This document shows, one piece after another, positions 57,428 through 64,000 of a stretch of DNA of 64,000 bases. The notes beneath the pieces are model-generated. The model searched no databases, was not told the origin of the DNA, and saw only the letters and a program-made list of their open reading frames with translations. The first letter of the stretch is position 1. Each line of letters begins with the position of its first letter. Origin of the DNA: Squalus acanthias (taxonomy: Eukaryota); assembly GCA_030390025.1 (NCBI GenBank), contig JASTWF010000327.1, positions 1 to 64,000 on the forward strand, read 5' to 3'. The translations under genes were made by a program, and so were the position numbers.

Positions 57428-60001
57428 TGAGGATGAGTTCATTGAGTGTATTAGGGATGGGTTTCTTGAGCAGTATGTAACTGAACCGACCAGGGGGCAA
57501 GCAACCTTAGATCTGGTCCTGTGTAACGAGACAGGATTAATTAAAAATGTCCTAGTGAAGGATCCCCTTGGAATGAGTGACCATAACATGGTTGAATTCC
57601 ATATTCAATTAGAGGGTGAGAAGGTTGGATCTCAAACAAGCGTGCTAAGCTTGAATAAAGGAGACTATGAAGGTATGCGAGCGGAATTGAGTAGAGTGGA
57701 TTGGGAAAATAGATTTAAGGGTAAGACGACACATGATCAGTGGTGTACATTCAAGGAGTTATTTTACAACTTCCAAAAAAAATATATTCCACTGAAAAGA
57801 AAAGGGTGTAAAAGAAAGGACAGTCATCCGTGGCTAAGTAAAGAAATTAAGGATAGTATTCGACTAAAAACAAGGGCATATAAGGTAGCGAAATCTAGTG
57901 GGAGGACAGAGGATTGGGAAAACTTTAAAAGGCAGCAAAAAATAACAAAAAGATTGATTAAGAAAGGGAAGATAGATTATGAAAGTAAATTAGCAAAAAA
58001 TATAAAAACAGATAGTAAGAGTTTTTATAGTTATATAAAAAGAAAAAGGGTGGCTAAAGTAAATGTTGGTCCCTTAGAGGATGACACCGGGAAATTAATG
58101 GTGGGAAATATGGAGATGGCAAAAACACTGAATGAATATTTTGTATCAGTCTTTACAGTAGAGGACACTAAGAATATCCCAACACTGGACAAACAGGGGG
58201 CTATAGGGGGAGAGGAGCTAAACACGATCAAAATCACTAAGGAAGTGGTACTCGGTAAAATAATGGGACTCAAGGCGGATAAATCACCTGGACCTGATGG
58301 CTTACATCCTAGAGTCTTGAAGGAAGTGGCGGTAGGGATTGTAGATGCATTGGTAATAATTTTTCAAAACTCCCTGGATTCCGCTAAGGTCCCGGCAGAC
58401 TGGAAAACTGCTAATGTAACACCCTTATTTAAAAAGGGCAGTAGACAGAAGGCTGGTAACTATAGACCGGTTAGCCTAACATCTGTGGTAGGTAAAATTT
58501 TGGAGTCCATTATTAAGGAAACAGTAACAGGACATTTGGATAATCATAATTTAATAGGACAAAGTCAGCATGGTTTTACGAAGGGGAAGTCATGTTTGAC
58601 AAATTTGCTGGAGTTCTTTGAGGAAGTAACATATAGAGTGGATAAAGGGGAACCAGTGGACGTAGTGTATTTAGACTTCCAAAAGGCATTTGACAAGGTG
58701 CCACACAAAAGATTATTGCTTAAGGTAAAAAATCACGGGATTGGGGGTAATATTCTGGCATGGATAGAGGATTGGCTATCTAACAGAAAGCAAAGAGTTG
58801 GGATAAATGGTTCATTCTCAGACTGGCAATCAGTAACTAGTGGTGTTCCACAGGGGTCAGTGCTGGGTCCCCAACTCTTCACAATCTATATTAACAATTT
58901 GGAGGAAGGGACCAAGTGTAACATATCAAAATTTGCAGATGATACAAAGATGGGAGGGAAAGTAGTGAGTGAGGAGGACATAAAAAACCTGCAAGGGGAC
59001 ATAGACAGGCTAAGTAAGTGGGCAGAGATTTGGCAGATGGAATACAACACTGGAAAGTGTGAGGTGATGCACTTTGGCAGGAAAAATCCTAGAGCAATTT
59101 ATTATCTTAATGGCAAGAAACTGGAGAGTACTGAAGTGCAAAGGGATCTGGGGGTCCTGGTGCACGAAACTCAAAAGGTTAGTATGCAGGTGCAGCAAGT
59201 GATTAAGAAGGCAAATGGAATGTTGGCTTTCATTGCTAGGGGGATAGAATATAAAAATAGGGAGGTATTGCTTCAGTTGTACAAGGTATTGATGAGACCG
59301 CACCTGGAATACTGCATACAGTTTTGGTGTCCTTACTTAAGGAAAGACATCCTTGCTCTCGAGGCAGTGCAAAAAAGGTTCACTCGGTTAATCCCGGGGA
59401 TGAGGGGGTGGTCATATGAGGAGAGGTTGGGTAGATTGGGACTCTACTCATTGGAGTTCAGAAGAATGAGAGGCGATCTTATTGAAACATATAAGATTGT
59501 GAAGGGGTTGGATCGGGTGGATGCGGGGAGGATGTTCCCGATGACGGGTGAGACGAGAACTAGGGGACATAGTCTTAGAATAAGGGGCTGCTCTTTCAAA
59601 ACTGAGATGAGGAGGAACTACTTCACTCAGAGGGTGGTAGGTCCATGGAATATGCTGCCACAAAAAGCTGTAGAAGCTACAACATTAATTAAATTTAAAA
59701 CAGAAATAGACAGTTTCCTAGAAGTAAAGGGCATTAAGGGTTACGGGGAGCGGGCAGGAATTTGGACATGAGTCTAGGTTCGGATCGGTCATGGCCCTGT
59801 GGGTAGTGGAGCGGGCCCAGGGACTGTGTAGCCTGATTCTGCTCCTATTTCGTGTGTGCAATTCTGTTAGATGCAGGAGATGGTTCTGTGATAGATAGTA
59901 GATTGGCGGTTAGGATCAGATCAGCCATGATCTTATTGAATGGCGGAGCAGGCTCGAGGGGCCGATTGGCCTACTCCTGCTCCTATTTCTTATGTTCTTA
60001 T
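57428..60001 (+). mobile_element. Young 5'-truncated CR1 LINE (end of EN, full RT, 3' UTR)
   Basis: About 780 codons open to the stop at 59771 (SDHNMV, KSPGPDG, GNYRPVSLTS, QHGF, YLDFQKAFD, GVPQGSVLGP, FADD). TTCTTATGTTCTTAT tail; 5-bp duplication AATAC (57423-27 / 60002-06). Confidence 0.95.
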
Positions 60002-61362
60002 AATACCAGGGGGCACAGATGGCCAGGGCGGTGAGAATACCAGGGGCACAGACGGCCAGGGCGGTGAGAATACCAGGGGCACAGATGGCCAGGGCGGTCA
60101 GAATACCAGGGGGCACAGATGGCCAGGGCGGTGAGAATACCAGGGCGCACAGACGGCCAGGGCGGTGGGAATACCAGGGGGCACAGACGGCCAGGGCGGT
60201 GAGAATACCAGGGGCACAGACGGCCAGGGCCGTGAGAATACCAGGGGCACAGACGGCCAGGGCCGTGAGAATACCAGGGGCACAGATGGCCAGGGCGGTG
60301 AGAATACCAGGGGCACAGATGGCCAGGGCGGTCGGAATACCAGGGGCACAGATGGCCAGGGCGGTGAGAATACCAGGGGGCACAGACGGCCAGGGCGGTG
60401 AGAATACCAGGGGCACAGACGGCCATGGCGGTCGGTACACCAGGGGGCACAGATGGCCAGGGCGGTCGGAATACCAGGGGGCACAGATGGCCAGGGCGGT
60501 GAGAATACCAGGGGGCACAGACGGCCAGGGCGGTCGGAATACCAGGGGCACAGATGGCCAGGGTGGTGAGAATACCAGGGGGCACAGACGGCCATGGCGG
60601 TGAGAATACCAGGGGCACAGACGGCCAGGGCGGTGAGAATACCAGGGGCACAGACGGCCAGGGCGGTCGGAATACCAGGGGCACAGATGGCCAGGGCGGT
60701 GAGAATACCAGGGGCACAGATGGCCAGGGCGGTCGGAATACCAGGGGGCACAGATGGTCAGGGCGGTGAGAATACCAGGGGGCACAGATGGTCAGGGCGG
60801 TGAGAATACCAGGGGGCACAGATGGTCAGGGCGGTGAGAATACCAGGGGGCACAGACGGCCAGGGCGGTGGGAATACCAGGGGGCACAGACGGCCAGGGC
60901 GGTGAGAATACCAGGGGCACAGACGGCCAGGGTGGTCAGAATACCAGGGGGAACAGACGGCCAGGGCGGTGAGAATACCAGGGGCACAGACGGCCAGGGC
61001 GGTGAGAATACCAGGGGCACAGATGGCCAGGGCGGTGAGAATACCAGGGGCACAGATGGCCAGGGCGGTGAGAATACCAGGGGCACAGATGGCCAGGGCG
61101 GTGAGAATGCCAGGGGGCACAGATGGCCAGGGCGGTCGGAATACAAGGGGCACAGATGGCCAGGGCGGTGAGAATACCAGGGGGCACAGATGGCCAGGGC
61201 GGTGAGAATACCAGGGGGCACAGACGGCCAGGGCGGTGAGAATACCAGGGGCACAGACGGCCATGGCGGTCGGTACACCAGGGGGCACAGATGGCCAGGG
61301 TGGTCGGAAATACCAGGGGCACAGATGGCCAGGGCGGTGAGAATACCAGGGGCACAGATGGC
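60002..61362. repeat. 33/34-bp minisatellite, right arm (~41 units)
   Basis: Same unit resumes in register after the CR1 and runs into env at GCACAGATGGCATGG. Confidence 0.97.
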
Positions 61363-63851
61363 ATGGAGGGATGGACCCTGCTGCATCCCCGCAATGGTAT
61401 TATATCAAACGATCCTGGGCTGGGGACCAGTCGCGGGTGGAGATAGCATGAGAGGTTGTGGGCGGCCACAAGGAGAGGAGTGCGTAACAATACAGGGAAA
61501 GGAGGGAGGAATGAGATGTTATAACTTGGGGCAGATGGGGAACAGACCCCAGGCTAGGCCTAGAAGGGATGTGATAAACAGAGGGCGCACTAAATCCAAA
61601 CCCGGTATGATTGTAGAAGGGAATTACATAACCAATAGCATCCGGGTTATTGAAGGAAACATCTACTATGGCCAATTCCCGGTGCCCGATCAAGAGTCCC
61701 CATACACGAAGTGGGTCGGATGTGACAAGGTCGTAACACTAAATACGATCAATGCCTTCTCGGATGAGCAGATGTGTATCACGGGTCCAGCCTCATACCC
61801 AATCCTCCTGAGCGTGGAGACATCAAGAAATGGCTCAGTCTGGTTGACAGAGCCTGGAACTTGGGTGTTGAGTGAAGGTACGAAGGACAGGAAACGATGT
61901 GTGATCCTGAAAGGAGATGTAATGACTAAATATGGATGTGCCGAGACAATAACCGGGAACTACTCCAACTAGAACAGGCCAATGGTCGAATGTATAGAAA
62001 CCTTATTAAAGGTCAGATGGGGAGGACCGCCTAAACCGACACCGGCTCAACCCACTACCTCAACTCCCAACACACAGAAAGAAGGAACAAGCGAACCAAC
62101 CATGTTACAATGCCCGGTTATGACACCTGGGCCCATGAATGGACCAGTATTATTTACCGAGGGAGAACAATTGTATGATAACGTGAGACATGAAATTGTA
62201 CCAGTACTAATAAACTTAACCATGTTACAATGGCCAGGATGTTGTGAAAGGTTCACTAAAACTAGAGAATTGTATGTATATATGATAAAGAATGTCATTA
62301 ACCAAGCTGCTGATGCGACAGGGCCACTAGTTTCAGGGGACATGCTGCATTCCACCAAAGGATTAAGAGGAGCTTAGGAACCAATGTACTCACGGGGATA
62401 AATACGGGGACATCGCTCATTAATGCCCTCGATATACAAGGAGTTCAGAGTCGTGTGGAATGACTACAAAGGGCAATACAACAGATTTTAGAGAAGGAAA
62501 CGGGTTTAGTTCAATAAGGGTCGGAGTTGGGAGAAGATATGATAAGGAAATTACTCGAGGGAATTAAGGTTATAGAGGACCATGCTAGCATTGTTAACAA
62601 ACTAAACCATAGAGATGAGGAACAGGCAAAAGACGGGGTAGGGAGAGGCTTGTGCCATGCCTATGGCCAATGGATCACCGGACAGTTAAAACACAATCTG
62701 GCACAGATACAGCGAGGTGAGGTACTAGACTGGATTAACAGCACACAGCTCTATGGCATGAGCCAGAATCCAGGCCCTCTGAGTGCTTGTACCCTCAAAG
62801 GGATGACCAGAGTATATCCAGTCATACAAAGATGTAAAGCAGAAGTGACAGCAATGATAGGCATGGTACTCCTGATACCGGTGGTGGGACTAGATACGGC
62901 TCCATACCCGCAGTACCAGGTAACAAACACAGGCCTAGTGAGGGGTGAGACATACCTCCACTACTACCCAATTGATACCTATGCCATCATAAAGAATGGT
63001 ACTATGAGAGGAGTCTCCCTAAACGGATGCCATGGGAAAGGTATGCTTACGATATGCCCACATCCGGTAGGAGAAGGCCCTAAGGATGAGTGCAGCTATA
63101 ATAAGACAGAGGAGTGTGTGTTGGAATTATCACATGTTGATCACTATCACACCCGCTCGGGATATAGAGGCGAAGGGGAGTATTGTACAGCCACCACAGA
63201 GACTGAGTACCAATATAGTAACCTTGTATGTGCAATCACAATGCCTAACTTCTGCTTTACGCCAAAGATCCCTGTGACAATTGGATACACCAGATTGGTG
63301 TATGTACATTCAAGGGAGGAGATAAAACTAACTGTGCTAGATAATTTAAGAGATGAGTTGATCAATTATGAAGATCCGGTAGAGACCCCAATACCCCGCC
63401 TGCAAGAAGATCTGCAAGAAATGAAAGAGGATTTAAGTAGAATGGTGAAACAATACGTAGTGTTGCGAAGGAACCTTGGGGAACTAGAAAGGGACATAGA
63501 AGTAGAACTACAGGAAACCTCATGGTATGAGGAGCTGTGGGATTGGGGGATGAATGTCAACATACACCCATGGATCCGCATCATCTCTCACATACTAGTT
63601 ATAGTACAGTTGGTTTTGGCAATAGGATTGGGGATAGCAGCATGCGCTGCCTGTAAAAAACATAGAAAACAAAAGAGAAAGAGAGAAATGGAAGAAACGT
63701 ACATGACATTGATAAAGTAGTAATGCATGCTGTTCGGTGGTAATTGTTGCAGAAATCTCCTGGGCAGATTCCCAGCGAGCAGACGGAATATTACTACGAA
63801 TAAGAGAAAGCTTGGGAGAAAGACTTGCTTAACGGATGTATGGTACTAACA

Positions 63852-64000
63852 GTCGATCGACAGTTCCGACGGGCCACAGCGAAAAACCGCATAGACCTCC
63901 TCAGAAGACGAACACGGGACACAACCAACAGAGTACCCTACGTCGTCCAGTACTTCCCCGGTGCGGAAAAACTACGCCATGTTCTTCGCAGCCTTCAACA
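63852..64000 (+). mobile_element. Second Penelope-like fragment (RT-to-GIY-YIG linker), truncated by the window
   Basis: Reads DRQFRRATAKNRIDLLRRRTRDTTNRVPYVVQYFPGAEKLRHVLRSLQ, homologous to the RVPLVITFHP linker of the PLE at 48680-49741. Confidence 0.7.

Larger units (their letters stand above)
54182..63720 (+). pseudogene. env: ERV env, disrupted by a minisatellite, a CR1, stops and a frameshift
   Basis: Signal peptide MKLLWITLTIAIWQRARA at 54182; resumes WRDGPCC at ~61363; furin-like RPRR (61556-67) and RIKR (62359-70); fusion-peptide-like SLGTNVLTGINTGTSLINALD; heptad region; TM helix IISHILVIVQLVLAIGLGIAAC; basic tail; stop at 63720. Confidence 0.85.
47130..63850 (+). mobile_element. 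Defective endogenous retrovirus (LTR-PBS-gag-[no PR/RT]-RH-IN-env); 3' LTR outside the window
   Basis: Collinear LTR, PBS, gag, RNase H, integrase and env remnants, all on the + strand. Confidence 0.9.

Noticed and set aside
53514..61490. Many overlapping ORFs on both strands (PWYSHRPG.., GILTALAICAP.., GTDGQGGENTR..)
   Set aside because: These are translations of the stop-poor 33/34-bp minisatellite, not independent genes.
63721..63851. Polypurine tract / 3' LTR
   Set aside because: No match to the 5' LTR start (TGAAAGGGTTAA) before the PLE fragment and window end.

Overview
Vertebrate genomic DNA, most likely from a cartilaginous fish (inferred from HE1/V-SINE-like and HER1/CR1-like repeat fragments). 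Bases 1-38760 are a G-rich 54-bp tandem satellite (about 718 copies). It has an indel-noisy left part, a near-perfect core and a diverged right edge with higher-order duplications, and it ends in an inverted copy of its own unit. All 'ESQGRARSLRDEGGECAV' ORFs are by-products of this repeat. Next come a CpG-rich promoter-like island, nested CR1 LINE fragments, a second promoter and a 25-finger C2H2 zinc-finger gene (43474-45657) preceded by decayed fingers. An RTE LINE fragment is then interrupted at 47130 by a defective endogenous retrovirus. The provirus has a short 5' LTR, a tRNA-Ser PBS, a decayed gag, an AT-rich spacer where protease and RT should be, RNase H plus integrase, and an env with two furin sites and an unusually long (~450 aa) TM subunit. 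It carries several insertions: a TIR DNA element, a Penelope-like element with a minimal hammerhead ribozyme, a ~4.5-kb 33/34-bp minisatellite grown from env's own N-terminal codons, a young CR1 inside that minisatellite, and a second Penelope fragment at the window end. The 3' LTR is not in the window.
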